DNA from: Centroscyllium fabricii
Taxonomy: Eukaryota
Length of the DNA: 64,000 bases
Assembly: GCA_051313645.2 (NCBI GenBank)
Contig: JBNRSN020000001.1
Span: forward strand, 564,014,001-564,078,000
Direction: 5' to 3'
Shown here piece by piece: positions 22,385 to 34,148 of the stretch (its first letter is position 1; each line of letters opens with the position of its first letter). The position numbers and the translations under genes are program-made. The notes beneath the pieces were generated by a model. That model searched no databases, was not told the DNA's origin, and saw only the letters and a program-made list of their open reading frames with translations.

Positions 22385-25300
22385 TGTAGCGGACCGCCGG
22401 CTGGCAAATCCGCCTCGGGAGTACTGCGGGGCATAGCCCCGCCCACCGGGTGACGCGATGATGTCACCACGTCTCTCGGCATGATGAGGTCAGAGGCGAG
22501 CGGGGGCTTTAAAAGAGCCTGCTCCTCGTGGCTCAGTCTCTTTCTGTTGTAGTACTGTTTAATAAAGAAGTGTTGACTGTCTCTCCTCGGCTCCTGCATG
22601 GTCCTTGGGTCCTGTAAGCACTACAGTGGTGACCCCGTCTTGGAACATCTTCCGAGAAGAAAATAGCAGCTTAACAGGATTTAAGCCAAGCAGTCTGTAC
22701 AGCCTCAGGACAGTAAAAAAAAAAAACGCAAACTGCAACAATGTCTACAGCCAACAGAAACCAGCCTTCCCGTCAGCAAGGACGTGGCCAGAACCCCGGG
22801 CACCGACTAACTTTACCGGAGTTCTGGGAGCAACGCCCGGCAGCGTGGTTCATGTGTATCGAGACCAGCTGCCGCACCCATGGCATCCAGGGGGACGACC
22901 ACTATGACCTGGTCTTCACGGCTCTACCGCAGTCGACGATCGACCGGATGTGGTCGAAGCTACAGAGCGCGCCCGCAACAGGCAGGTACGACTTTATTAA
23001 GGCCGCGCTACTCAGAAAATTCACCCCGACCCAGTTCGAGCGTGACTGCCAACTCCTCGAACCTCCCCGAACTCGGGGACGCAGACCCATCTGACCTTTG
23101 GGGCCAGATGCAAGCGCTGACCACCGACCCCGCCTCCCTGTTCCGCACCATTTTCCTCCTTAAGCTGCCCCCCCTCCATCAGACCGGCCCTGGCGGCCCT
23201 CAGCAACCGGAGCGGGGACGAGCTAGCCGAGGAAGCCGACAGGCTCATGGCGGCCGAGCGCACCCGCTCCGCCACGTGCGACCTGACCGCTGCGGCAGTC
23301 GAGCCCGCCCACACGCCCCCCAGGTCCACCCCGATGCCTGAATCCAGGCCCCTGCGCCCTCCCAAACAACCGCGTGCCACGAGCACCGGTTGGTGCTACT
23401 ACCACGTGCGGTTCGGCGCCAAAGCGCACCGCTGCGTCCTGCCCTGCACGTTCAAGCCACAGCCCGGCCCAGCCCCCACCATGTCCGTAGGCCACACTGG
23501 AGCCCTGCTCTACGTTACAGACAGGGGCACGGGTCTCCGGTTTCTCTGCGACACGGGCGCACAACACAGCATCGTGCCAGCCTCCCCCGCAGAAGCCAAA
23601 CAAGGTACCCGGGGCCCGCCCCTCGCGGCGGCCAACGGCTCCGACATAAAAACATACGGGACCCGCAAGCTAACCATCCAGCTTGCCGGCCACACGTATG
23701 AATGGGAGTTCGTCACAGCCCAGGTCACGTCACCCCTCCTTGGGGCAGACTTCCTGTGCGCACACGGCCTCCTGATCGACATGACCCGGCGCCATCTGGT
23801 CGACATCAAAAACATGTCGCCCATCCCATGCTCCATGGGGCCGGCTCTACTAGCTCACGCGGCGGCACGATGCCGTGCCCGGAACTCCGACGCGTACAGT
23901 GCGCTCCTTTCAGAGTTCCCTACACTGACCAACCCCACCTTCACCGCCCGAACGGCCAAACACGGGGTGGAACATTTTATTCCCACCACCGGCCCTCCCG
24001 TACACGCCCACGCCCGCAGGCTGGACCCGGCCAAGCTGGAGATTGCGCGCGCTGAGTTCGGCACAATGGAGCAACTCGGCATAATCCGCCGCTCCAGCAG
24101 CCCCTGGGCCTCTCCCCTCCACATTGCACCCAAGCCGGGCGGGGGTTGGCGCCCCTGCGGGGACTACCGCCGCCTCAATAACGCCACCACCCCGGATAGG
24201 TACCCCGTACCCCACATCCAGGATTTCTCCGCCAGGCTAGCGGGCTGCACGGTCTTCTCCAAGATCGACCTGGTACGTGGCTACCACCAGGTCCCGGTGC
24301 ACCCGGCGGATGTCCCTCAGACAGCCGTGATAACTCCCTTTGGCCTGTTCGAGTTCCTGAGGATGCCCTTTGGGCTCAAAAACGCGGCCCAGGCCTTCCA
24401 GCGCCTAATGGACTCAGTCCTACAGGACTTGCAGTTCATCTTCGTCTACCTAGACGACATCCTCGTGGCCAGCACCTCCCCCCAGGAGCACCTCCTGCAT
24501 CCTAGGACCCTGTTCCAGTGCCTGGCAGAACACGGCCTTATATTAAGCCCCTCCAAAAGTAAATTCGGCCTGGACGTGATAGACTTCCTGGGCCACCGCA
24601 TTTCCATAACCGGGGCCATACCTCTGGCCTCCAAAGTGCAGGCAGTCCAGGAATTCCCCCGCCCGCACACCATCAAGGGCCTGCAGGAGTTCCTCGGGAT
24701 GGTTAATTTTTATAACCGCTTCATCCCGGGAGCAGCCTATACCAGGCCACACGCGGGCAGTCCGGCAAAGCCGCTGTCGAGTGGACGGCCGATGCCGCCA
24801 CTGCGTTCACCGAAACTAAGACCGCCCTAGCTAACGCCACCCTCCTGGCCCACCCCAGGCCCAACGCCAGAGTGGCCCTCACCACTGATGCCTCCGACCA
24901 CGCCGTCGGGGCCGTTTTCGAACAGTGGGTGGACAACTCTTGGCAGCCCCTGGCCTTTTTCAGCCGGCACCTACGGCCCCTGGAGGTCAAGTACAGCGCC
25001 TTCGACAGGGAGCTCCTTGCTCTCTACCTTGATGTGCGCCATTTTCGCTTCCTCCTGGAGGGCCGTCATTTCGCAGCCTTCGTGGATCATAAGCCGCTGA
25101 CTTTTGAGATGGCTAAGATCACCGAACCCTGGTCGGCCAGGCAGCAGCGCCAGCTCGCAGCCGTGTCGGAATTTACGACCGACATTCAGCACATCTCCGG
25201 CCGCGACAACAGGGTAGCTGACTGCCTGTCACGTCCCACCATCAACGCCGCCCAAATGGCGGTGGATTACGCCAAGCTGGCAGCAGACCAGCTGGCGGAC

Positions 25301-26832
25301 CCAGATCTGCGTGCCCCGGCAGAAAACCTGCCCGGCTTACGCTTGGCCAACATCCCCCACGGCCCCGCGGCCACCGTAGTGTGCTGCGACGTCTCACTGC
25401 AGCAGCCCAGGCCCGTCGTCCCCCAGGCATGGTGGCGGCGCATCTTTGAGACACTCCATGGCCTGTCCCACCCCGGCACCCGCGCCTCCATCAAGCTCAT
25501 TTCGGCCCGTTTTGTGTGGCGCGGCCTTCGTAAGGACGTCCGCGCCTGGACCAACGCCTGCATCGCCTGCCAGCGGGCCAAAGTGCATAAACACGTCAAG
25601 GCCCCGCTAGAAACGTTTACCGTACCAGCCAGGCGCTTCGACCATGTCCACGTCGATCTCGTTGGACCACTGCCGTCATCCCGGGGCCACACCCATTTGA
25701 TGACCATGGTGGATCGCAACACTCGCTGGCCAGAAGCAGTCCCCCTGGCCACAAGCAATACTACGGACTTAGCCAGGGCGTTCATCGCAACTTGGGTCGC
25801 CCGTTTTGGCGTGCCCACCGACATCACGTCAGACAGAGGTCCCCAGTTCACGTCCGCACTATGGGCGGCCATCGCCCGCAACCTCGGGGTGACCCTACAC
25901 AGAACCACCGCGTACCACCCGCAGGCGAACGGGCTGTGTGAAAGGTTCCACCGCTCAATGAAAGCCTCCCTGCGGGCCAGCCTGGAAGACGCATCCTGGA
26001 CAGACCGCCTACCGTGGGTATTGCTCGGACTCCGCTCGGAGGCCAAAGATGACTTGCACGCCTCAGCAGCGGAACTCGTCTACGGCCAGACATTGAGAGT
26101 GCCGGGCGAGTTTCTCCCCGAATCGAACGCCACCTGGTCGGCCGACCAGTTTCTCAAAGACTTTGCCAACCCGGCACAAGCTTTCACCCCCTTACCGGTG
26201 ACCCGGCACGGGGAGCCGGTGGCACATGCACCGGACAACATCCAGCAAGCCAAGTACGTTTTCGTCCGCCACGACGCTCATCGCACACCTCTACGGCCAC
26301 CCTACAACGGCCCTTATAGAGTGCTTCGGGCGGGACCTAAAACTTTCGATTTACAGCTGGGCAACCGAACTGAAACTGTATCAATCGACCGGCTGAAACC
26401 GGCTCACATGATAGCGGGTGACATGACGGTCCCTGCCCAACCACCTCAACGCGGACGCCCTCCCGCACCACCACCCGCCCACACTCCACCGCAGCACCAG
26501 GAGCAACGCAAGACCCGTGCCGGCTGCACCATACAGCCACCACGATGCCTCTTGTAGACCTTTTCCCTCAGACGGATTCTGGAGGGAGCTGTGTGGCGGA
26601 CCGCCGGCTGGCAAATCCGCCTCGGGAGTACTGCGGGGCATTGCCCCGCCCACCGGGTGACGCGATGACGTCACCACGTCTCTCGGCGTGATGAGGTCAG
26701 AGGCGAGCGGGGGGTTTAAAAGAGCCTGCTCCTCGTGGCTCAGTCTCTTTCTGTTGTAGTACTGTTTAATAAAGAAGTGTTGACTGTCTCTCTTCGGCTC
26801 CTGCGTGGTCCTTGGGTCCTGTAAGCACTACA
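22385..26832 (+). mobile_element. Full-length Gypsy LTR retrotransposon, CsRn1 clade (copy A)
   Basis: 241-bp LTRs at 22385-22625 and 26592-26832, 4-bp TSD AGGT, tRNA-Trp PBS TGGTGACCCCG at 22627, purine-rich PPT before the 3' LTR. Confidence 0.95.
22741..26557 (+). pseudogene. gag-pol: CsRn1 gag-pol with frameshifts (gag CHCC motif, PR, RT, RNase H, IN)
   Basis: WCYYHVRFGAKAHRCVLPC, FLCDTGA, YPVPHIQDF, YLDD, TTDASD, H..H..C..C, DLVGPLP, SDRG, GPY. Split into ORFs 22741-23094, 23247-24830 and 24872-26557. Confidence 0.92.
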
Positions 26833-27909
26833 AGGTAAAAGTTTTTTTGGCACGTTATGGGAAAAAGAGAGCGGCAGCTAACCGGCGTCGAGAAGAGAAT
26901 ATAAACAAAATGTTTACGGATGTCTGTAAAGCAGTTGACGGAGGGGATAAGGGAGCTGAGACTAAGGCTTCGATCTTCCCTCAGGTGTGGGGAATTGGCG
27001 GGTTTCCGGTGGGTCAGGTTTCCCACACGAATTCTAAAGGGTGTGGGAGCCCCACGCAATTTTGGCTCAATTGGCCAATTGATTTCCAGCATGTCGGAAC
27101 CCTTGGCAGGTTAATATTTCCAGTCAGAAAGTCGCACAATATGATGTCATCGTTGCTGGTGCTTTTAAGGCAGACAGCAAGCCTTCCTTACTCTGCAGGT
27201 TTCCAATAACCTCCTTCAAGATGGAACAGGAGCCTGCAGCAGCTGCGGCCAGCGGGAGGGCCTGACCCTCACCAAAGTTTGATAACGCTTCACTACAGGC
27301 ATTGCTGGAGGGGGCTAGGGCCCACCAGGATGTTCGCTTCTGTTCCTCAGGGAGGAAGGTGTTGTATCTCGTTGTCGTCAGTGTTGTGCTTGTGGCACAA
27401 TAAATACTCGGACACAGATTAACAATAAACAAAAGGTCTTTACTCGGTCAACGCCAGGTGGAAGCTGAGTACAACAGTCAGTGCAGCGCTATTTATACGA
27501 GGTGGCCCAAAGATGTATTACAGTACCCTTCCACCATACACAATATAGTCCAGCTCTGCCATTGGCTTACAGGCTGTCCATCATGCCTTATCACATACAC
27601 TACAACCCTCCCCTTTTAGCTAACACGTCGCCCCTCGTTTTACAGGGAAGGTATATCATTATACAACAGTCAGATACTATTAATTAACATAACAACCGAT
27701 TAACTTTACTACATTTGTGTTAACTGTGATCTTCTACAAGATTGTTCTCTACCAACGTATGTGTTAAACATTTTACACAACAGTACCTATAACGTCATTA
27801 CAATTGTTTTTAACGGTGTCTTCTAGCTTTCGTTTTCCCTTTTCTTCGATGATGCTGTTTCTGGTCCTCCGCCGTCATCCCAGGTCCTGACACACCATCT
27901 GAGTGTCTC

Positions 27910-28686
27910 CTAGTGCCTCATCTGAACTGCTCTCGTCCAATCTATTAAGTCCTCGAACGGTCTTGCCCGTCGTCGGGTTACCCTGTGACTGGTGCTGTTG
28001 AATGCACAGCAGACTTTGGCTATATGACCCAGTTTTCCACATCGCCTGCACGTCTTGTCACGGAACCAACAAGCGTTTTGATCATGGTTTGTGACATCAC
28101 AACGGTAGCAGCGCTGAAATCTCTGAGACATCTGGTTTGTCTCATATTCCCACTCCTGTGGTTGGTGTTGAATTTCCACGGCACTTTTATCTGCCGATTC
28201 GTGGGACATAGCTATATTAAAAGCAGTTCCCAAGGTTAAGTCCTTCTTTGTTAAAAGTAGCTTTTGTGTGCTTTCACTAACTAATCCGCACACAAATCTA
28301 TCTATTAGCAGTTCTGTACGCATATCTCCATATTGGCAACGGTCCGTCAGTTTCCTTAACTCCGGGACATACTCCGCATTTGACTCTCCCCTATGTTGGT
28401 CTCTTCGATGGAATTTAAACCGTTCAGCGATTACTAACAGTGTAGGCCTCAGATGCTCCTTTAGCAATTTGACTATCTGTGCGTACGTTTTGTCCAGTGG
28501 TTTCGCTGGCGTCGCTAAACTTTTTAAAAGTCCAAATGTCTTCGCGCCCATCACATTCAGAAGAGTTACTGCTTTTTTATCATCCGCAATATTATTAGCT
28601 TTGCAATATATCTCGACTCTGTCGATATATGTGTCCCAATTCTCGATGTCGTTGTCAAAAGCTGCCAAGCTAGTAGCTTTTGCCAT
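27910..28686 (-). CDS. gag: Gag, 258 aa, uninterrupted, two CCHC knuckles
   Basis: FDNDIENWDTYIDRVEIY...AERFKFHRRDQ..GES...DRFVCGL, CYRCDVTNHDQNAC, CRRCGKLGHIAKVC. Confidence 0.9.
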   Translation of the reverse strand: MAKATSLAAFDNDIENWDTYIDRVEIYCKANNIADDKKAVTLLNVMGAKTFGLLKSLATPAKPLDKTYAQIVKLLKEHLRPTLLVIAERFKFHRRDQHRGESNAEYVPELRKLTDRCQYGDMRTELLIDRFVCGLVSESTQKLLLTKKDLTLGTAFNIAMSHESADKSAVEIQHQPQEWEYETNQMSQRFQRCYRCDVTNHDQNACWFRDKTCRRCGKLGHIAKVCCAFNSTSHRVTRRRARPFEDLIDWTRAVQMRH

Positions 28687-28702
28687 TTCTAGACCGTTTA
28701 TC

Positions 28703-29052
28703 TAAAATGGTGGTTCTCCAAGATGGTGGCTTCGCGCCCTTTTTAATCTTTGCAAAATGGCGTTCGCGCCCTTTTTCCTCGAAAATGGTGTATTTCACGG
28801 CCTTTTCGTCTTTGCAAAATGGCGTTCGCACCCTTTTTCCTTGAAAATGGCGTATTTCGAGCCCTTTTCGTCTTCTCCCTCAATTTTTTCGCTAGGCTTC
28901 CCGCCCGCCGGTAGTTTTATCGAACGCAAGGCTTCCCGCCCGCCGGTAGTTTTATCGAACGCAAGGCTTCCCGCCCGCCAGTAGTTTTATCGAATGCAAG
29001 GCTTCCTGCCCGCCGGTAGTTTTATCGAACGCAAGGCTTCCCGCCCACCGGT
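28703..29052. repeat. Leader repeats: ~6 x ~31-bp AARATGGYG units, then 4.5 x 35-bp AGGCTTCCCGCCCGCCGGTAGTTTTATCGAACGCA
   Basis: Directly visible; the 35-bp units start at 28894, 28929, 28964, 28999 and 29034. Confidence 0.88.
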
Positions 29053-30429
29053 TTCTTCCACGATCCCCGTGGTCTACTCGGTGGAGTGGTGCCTTGTTTT
29101 CTGTTGTGGTAGGTCTTCCCCACCCGGATACAGAGTCCGCCCCGTTTATCCCACTGGGAGCTTCCCGAATTACCCCGGTCTTAACCTCCGTGGTTTCGGT
29201 CTACTAGACCCCTGGGAATTAACTGTACCTTTCTGCTCCATTACCCAGAGGCTGGAGAATCAGTTTGCGATCCTCGACAGGTGTGTCCGTTTACTGCTTT
29301 GGGCTGCTTCTTTGGTTGACGCCCAAGTCTCCAGGCTGTGTCCGTTTACTGCTTTGGGCTGCTTCTTTGGTTGACGCCCAAGGCTCTAGACTGGTTACTG
29401 GAGAAGTCTGTTTGTTTCAGACTGCTTTCTGTTGCAACAGTGATGGCTGCGTTATAACCTTGGAGTTCTTCCGCTATCTCGTCGCCAGTGTTGTATCTCG
29501 TTGTCGCCAGTGTTGTATCTCGTTGTCGCCAGTGTTGTGCTTGTGGCACAATAAATACTCGGACACAGATTCACAATAAACAAAAGGTCTTTACTCGGTC
29601 AACGCCGGGTGGAAGCTGAGTACAACAGTCAGTGCAGCGCTATTTATACGAGGTGGCCCAAAGAGGTATTACAGTACCCTTCCACCATACACAATATAGT
29701 CCAGCTCTGCCATTGGCTTACAGGCTGTTCACAGGCTGTCCATCATGCCTTATCACATACACTACAGAAGGGAACTCCCTGTCAGACCAAGGCTGCTTGG
29801 CTGTAGGTGGCTGATGAGGTGAACTCCGTGGCCCTCACAACGTGTACATGGATTCAGTGCAGGAAGAGATTCCATGACGTTCATCGAACTGGAAAAGTAA
29901 GTATGAAGTTTCCATCACCCTCAATCTGATCCCCATTGCCTTTCCTCACCAGCACTCAGCTTCACCAATCTCTTCCTCCACCTCCCACTTGACACTCATA
30001 TCCATGCACCCTTAACCATTCCCTTTCTCTCTAAGCTCACATTCACCTAACTATTCCACTCCCTCTCACTCTGATGCATTGACCACAACTGACAACACAC
30101 AGGGAGGGCCCTTGGTCTTGCAAACTCACTCCATCTTAGTGTCTAAGTATCTATGCTATGCACTCTGCACTCACTCCTTCATTCTCACTCAACCTCCACT
30201 TGTCTCCCACATTGCAGGAAAAGAGAGCTCACAATAAAAGAGAGCGAGCCAGGACAGGAGAAGGCCCACCCTCAATAGGCAACCTCACCCCCTGGGAGGA
30301 AGGCATGCTGGAAATAGTCGGTGATGATGCAGCTGCGGAAGTTGGGGAAGGAGAGACGGGCATCCTCTCAAGCTGGTGACAGAATCGTTTTCCATCTCTC
30401 TCATTGACATCGCATGACTCGCAGATAAT

Positions 30430-31192
30430 AGGCCAGAAATTCCGACCTGCGCATATTGCGTTTGAGCTCTGGTGCGAGCGCACCAGAGCTTAAACGCGCA
30501 TGAAGCAGCCGTTTGCGCTGCTTCATGTTTTCCGATGGCGGCCAGCAGGGGGGGCAGAGTTTGTGTGATGGCTATCGCAGGAACCAATGCACTATAGGGT
30601 GCGCTGAAACATTCCGTTTTTTAAAAAGTTTTTCTATGGACCAAGCAAAGAAGATTGTACGCTTGAAAAAAGGAGTCGTAAGCACCCGTTTTTATCAGGT
30701 AAGTCTGTATTTTATTGATTTTAAGTCTTGTTTTTTCAGGGTTTGAATTATTGTTACATTTAAAGACAGGTAAGTATTTTTTTAGGCCTGTTAAACATCG
30801 AAAAAAAAATCCATAAATTTTTATTTTTTCCTTAAAATAGGTTATTTATGTTAGTTGAAGTAATGTTAAAAGAAATGTGGTGTTTTTAAAATTTTAATTT
30901 TGAGTTTAGATGTGTTTTGGAAGATCTCTCTTTTGAAAACTTACACAGATTTCTGTGGGTAAGTTTTTAATGGAGATTGCTTCCATTGATTGGCTCCCTG
31001 CCGATCACGTGATCTCGTGCGAGACTTCGAACTAATTATGCCACTAAGTTGCCCACGGAGCTCGCACAGAGCTCTGTCAAGCTGTGCTCATCGGAAAGTC
31101 ACAGTGCAAAAACTCAAAACTGAAAAAGTGCTAGGTATGCGCTAATAAGAGCACTGCACCCGCACGAAAGCTCCAACCATAATTTCTGGCCC
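30430..31192. mobile_element. Second MITE subfamily with (A/G)GGCCAGAAATT TIR, inside a Harbinger Myb intron
   Basis: AGGCCAGAAATT...AATTTCTGGCCC with AAT TSD on both sides. AT-rich core and an internal palindrome at ~30919-30984. Confidence 0.82.
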
Positions 31193-31709
31193 AATGATTC
31201 TGAAGCTACATCATATGGATTTATGATCATCTGCAAAATGCCCTGTGCATGTAACCTTGCCATGATATCTCTGACTCTTTCCTTTACTCCCCCACAGGAC
31301 CATCGAGAGCCCCCGTCCCCACTGTGAAGGAGGAAGAGGCTGAGCAGCCAGATGCCTCAGAGGAAGCTACAGCCTCTGAGCATGCAGCTGCAGCAGAAGT
31401 CAGCGCATCCAGCAACAGTGCAGGCACTCGCACCTCGTTTGGACCTTCGGGACATAGAGTAGTGTTTTCACCTGGTGTATCACGGCTCACTAATGAGCCT
31501 CAGCAGATTGTGGAGATAGGGGTAGCAGTGGAGTGTCCTATTCAGAGGGCGCAGGGCTCTCTCAGCTGAGCTCAGCTGCATGTCGACCCTCTGCCTCTGG
31601 GTCCATCCGAAAGATCACAGGTGATGGAACTCCATGCACAGATGCAAGAGTCTCTGGCAGGTTTGGTCTCCAGGGTCGCTGCGAGTGTGGAGCAAATGGA
31701 GGTCAACAT

Positions 31710-32526
31710 CGAAGGAGAGATTTTATTTAATCAAGATATTATAAAAGCTGGTATTATATGTGTGAAAGATGTGTTATACGAGGTAATTCCAGGTTGGTTG
31801 CCGGAAGCGATAGTGAGTGACATGGTGTGGGAGGAGGATCAGGAGGTAGAGGAAAAAGCAGTAGGGATCATGTATGAGAAGATTGTGGGGGCAATGCCAT
31901 AGGATTGGATGGAAGAAATAAATGCGGAAATCTCCAAAGGAAGTAAAATGCCTCCAGCTTTTCCAAGCTTTCTGTTGGAGAAAGGGGAAGAGTTGGTCCA
32001 ATTTGACAACTGTAAAACTCGAGATTTCTATGAGGTATTTAGAGAATGGAGATTCAAGACACCTGCTGATCAGCAGTTTTGGCAGAGTATATACCCACAG
32101 CTGGACTTCAACAGGATGTGGATTGGAGTGTGGGCGAATTTTAAATGTCCAGAATGGATTGAACTGGATTTCAAATTGGCTCATAACCGGATTTTTACCA
32201 TGACGGTCTTGTGCAAGATTGGACGAGTGGAGGGGGCAACTTGCCCAGTGTGTGGGACACGGGATGATTATCTGTCCCATTTACTGGTGTTATGTCCACA
32301 GTTAAAGGATTTTAAGTACTATGTTCAACAGTTGTGTGAGTTTTTTTGCTGGGTGGGGACCAAAGAGCGAGAATGGGAATCCCGTGGGACTCAATTTTGA
32401 GATGAGGATTGCAGGAGAGTCTGCCCGAGTCCAACAGAACGGCAATTAATTTAATGTTCAGTTTGGCTAGATTCGTGATTGTCCAAAGAAGGAATGCTCT
32501 GTTTTTTAAGGGGAGGAGAATCAATC
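31710..32526 (+). pseudogene. Tx1 ORF2 C-terminal region with zinc-binding motif (continues at 34003-34148)
   Basis: AGIICVKDVLYEVIPGWLP...LDFKLAHNRIFT...CPVCGTRDDYLSHLLVLC...INLMFSLARFVI. Confidence 0.8.
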
Positions 32527-34002
32527 TCAATTCAATTCAATTCAAGTTTTATTGTCATTGCAGAGTACTATTACAATACAATGAGACGAAGACTCGACGC
32601 TCCTGAGAGTAGTGCAAATAAATTACATGCAAATTGCATACAGTAAAGTACATTATCAGGCGTGCAGGTACCGGAGTTTATTTTTAGAATTCAGGAGGCT
32701 GACAGCCCTGGGGAAGAAGCTGTTCTTAAATCTAGACGTGCGGGTGTGGATTGATCTGTAGCGTCTCCCGGAGGGCAGGGGGGCGAACAGACTGTGGCTG
32801 GGGTGTGTGGGGTCTTTAATAATGTTCAGAGACCTCCGTAAGCAGCGTTTGAGGTAGATGCTTTCCATTGACGGTAGCTGGGTACCGGTGATTCATTGGG
32901 CAGTTTTGACTACCCGCTGCAGGGTTTTCCGGTCCGAGATAGTGCAATTTCCATACCAGACAGTGATGCAGTTTGTCAGTATACTTTCTATTGTGCAGCG
33001 GTAGAAGTTGGAGAGGATGCCGGATGACAGCCTGGCTTTCTTCAGCTTCCTTAGGAAGTACAGGCGCTGTTGGGCCTTCTTAACCAGAGAGGAGGTGTTT
33101 AGTGACCAGGAGAGATCTTCCGAGATGTGGACCCTGAGGAACATGAAGCTGGACACCCTTTCCACCTCAGCCCCTTGGATGAAGATGGGGGTGTGTCTTC
33201 TGCTTCCAGTCCTCCAGAAGTCCACTATGATCTCCTTAGTTTTCTTGGTGTTCAGTGCCAGGTTGTTGTCGGCACACCAACCCACAAGGCGCTGGATCTC
33301 ATCCCTGTAGGCTGACTCATCGTTGTTGGTGATCTGGCCAACCACCATGGTGTCATCCGCAAACTTGATGATCGTGTTGGAGCCATGGACAGACGCACAG
33401 TCGTGAGTGAAGAGGGAGTAGAGGAGGGTCTCAGCACACAACCTTGTGGGGCCCCCGTGTTCAGGGTAAGGGTGGGGGAGGTGAGGTTGCCTAACTTCAC
33501 AGACTGTGGTCTGTTGGTTAGGAAGTCCAGGGTCCAGTTGCAGAGGGAGGTGTTCAGGCCGAGGGTGAGGAGTTTGTTAGACAATTTGCTGGACACGATG
33601 GTGTTGAATGCTGAGCTGTAGTCAATAAACAGCATTCTGACATACGTATCTTTGCTATCCAGGTGGTTTAGTGCAGAGTGAAGAGCCGTAGTGATAGCAT
33701 CTTCCGTAGATCTGTTCCCACGGTAGGCGAACTGGTATTGGTCCAGGGCGGCGGGGATGCTGGCTTTGATGTGGGCCAGGACCAGCCGCTCAAAACACTT
33801 CATGATAATGGGTGTAAGTGCGACAGGGCGGTAGTCGTTCAGGCACGTCACGGCCGTTTTCTTGGGCACAGGGATGACGGTGGCGGTCTTGAAGCAGGTA
33901 GGGACAGCTGCCTTCGCCAGTGACAGGTTGAAGATGTCAGTGAAGACTTCAGCCAGTTGGCCGGCACATTCTTTGAGTGCCCGGCCGGGGATGCCATCAG
34001 GA
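32527..34002 (-). mobile_element. 5'-truncated Rex1/Babar LINE
   Basis: [74 protein letters not shown]; (TTGAA)n tail. Confidence 0.93.
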
Positions 34003-34148
34003 CTAGTCTGTCTAGTCTAAAAGAGTATTTTAAATACACAAGCTAAAAGATCATTATAGGCTCTGTGGATGCTTTATAAAGAAAGGAATTTAAAGATAGT
34101 CTTTTACAAACAAATTGTAATGTACAATCGATTAATATATGTTACAGG

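Larger units (their letters stand above)
27360..29766 (-). mobile_element. Gag-only non-autonomous Mag-like LTR retrotransposon
   Basis: LTRs 27360-27604 and 29511-29766, 5-bp TSD GAAGG, PBS TGGCGACGAG (minus strand, from 29487), PPT AAAAGGGGAGGGT. No pol. Confidence 0.93.
26966..31709 (+). mobile_element. Harbinger fragment with intron-containing Myb/SANT gene remnant, replacing the Tx1 RT region
   Basis: Exon 1 from ~27221 (MEQEP..SPKFDNASLQALLEG..|..AWL*VADEVNS..WIQCRKRFHD) ends at a GTAAGT donor ~29897. Exon 2 CAG|EKRAHNKRERARTGEG at 30218. Exon 3 from ~31298, truncated at ~31709. Confidence 0.75.

Noticed and set aside
25267-26046. Antisense ORFs conserved between the CsRn1 copies (also 35174-35821 and 36970-37704)
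   Set aside because: Expected shadows of GC-rich pol coding sequence; no independent evidence.
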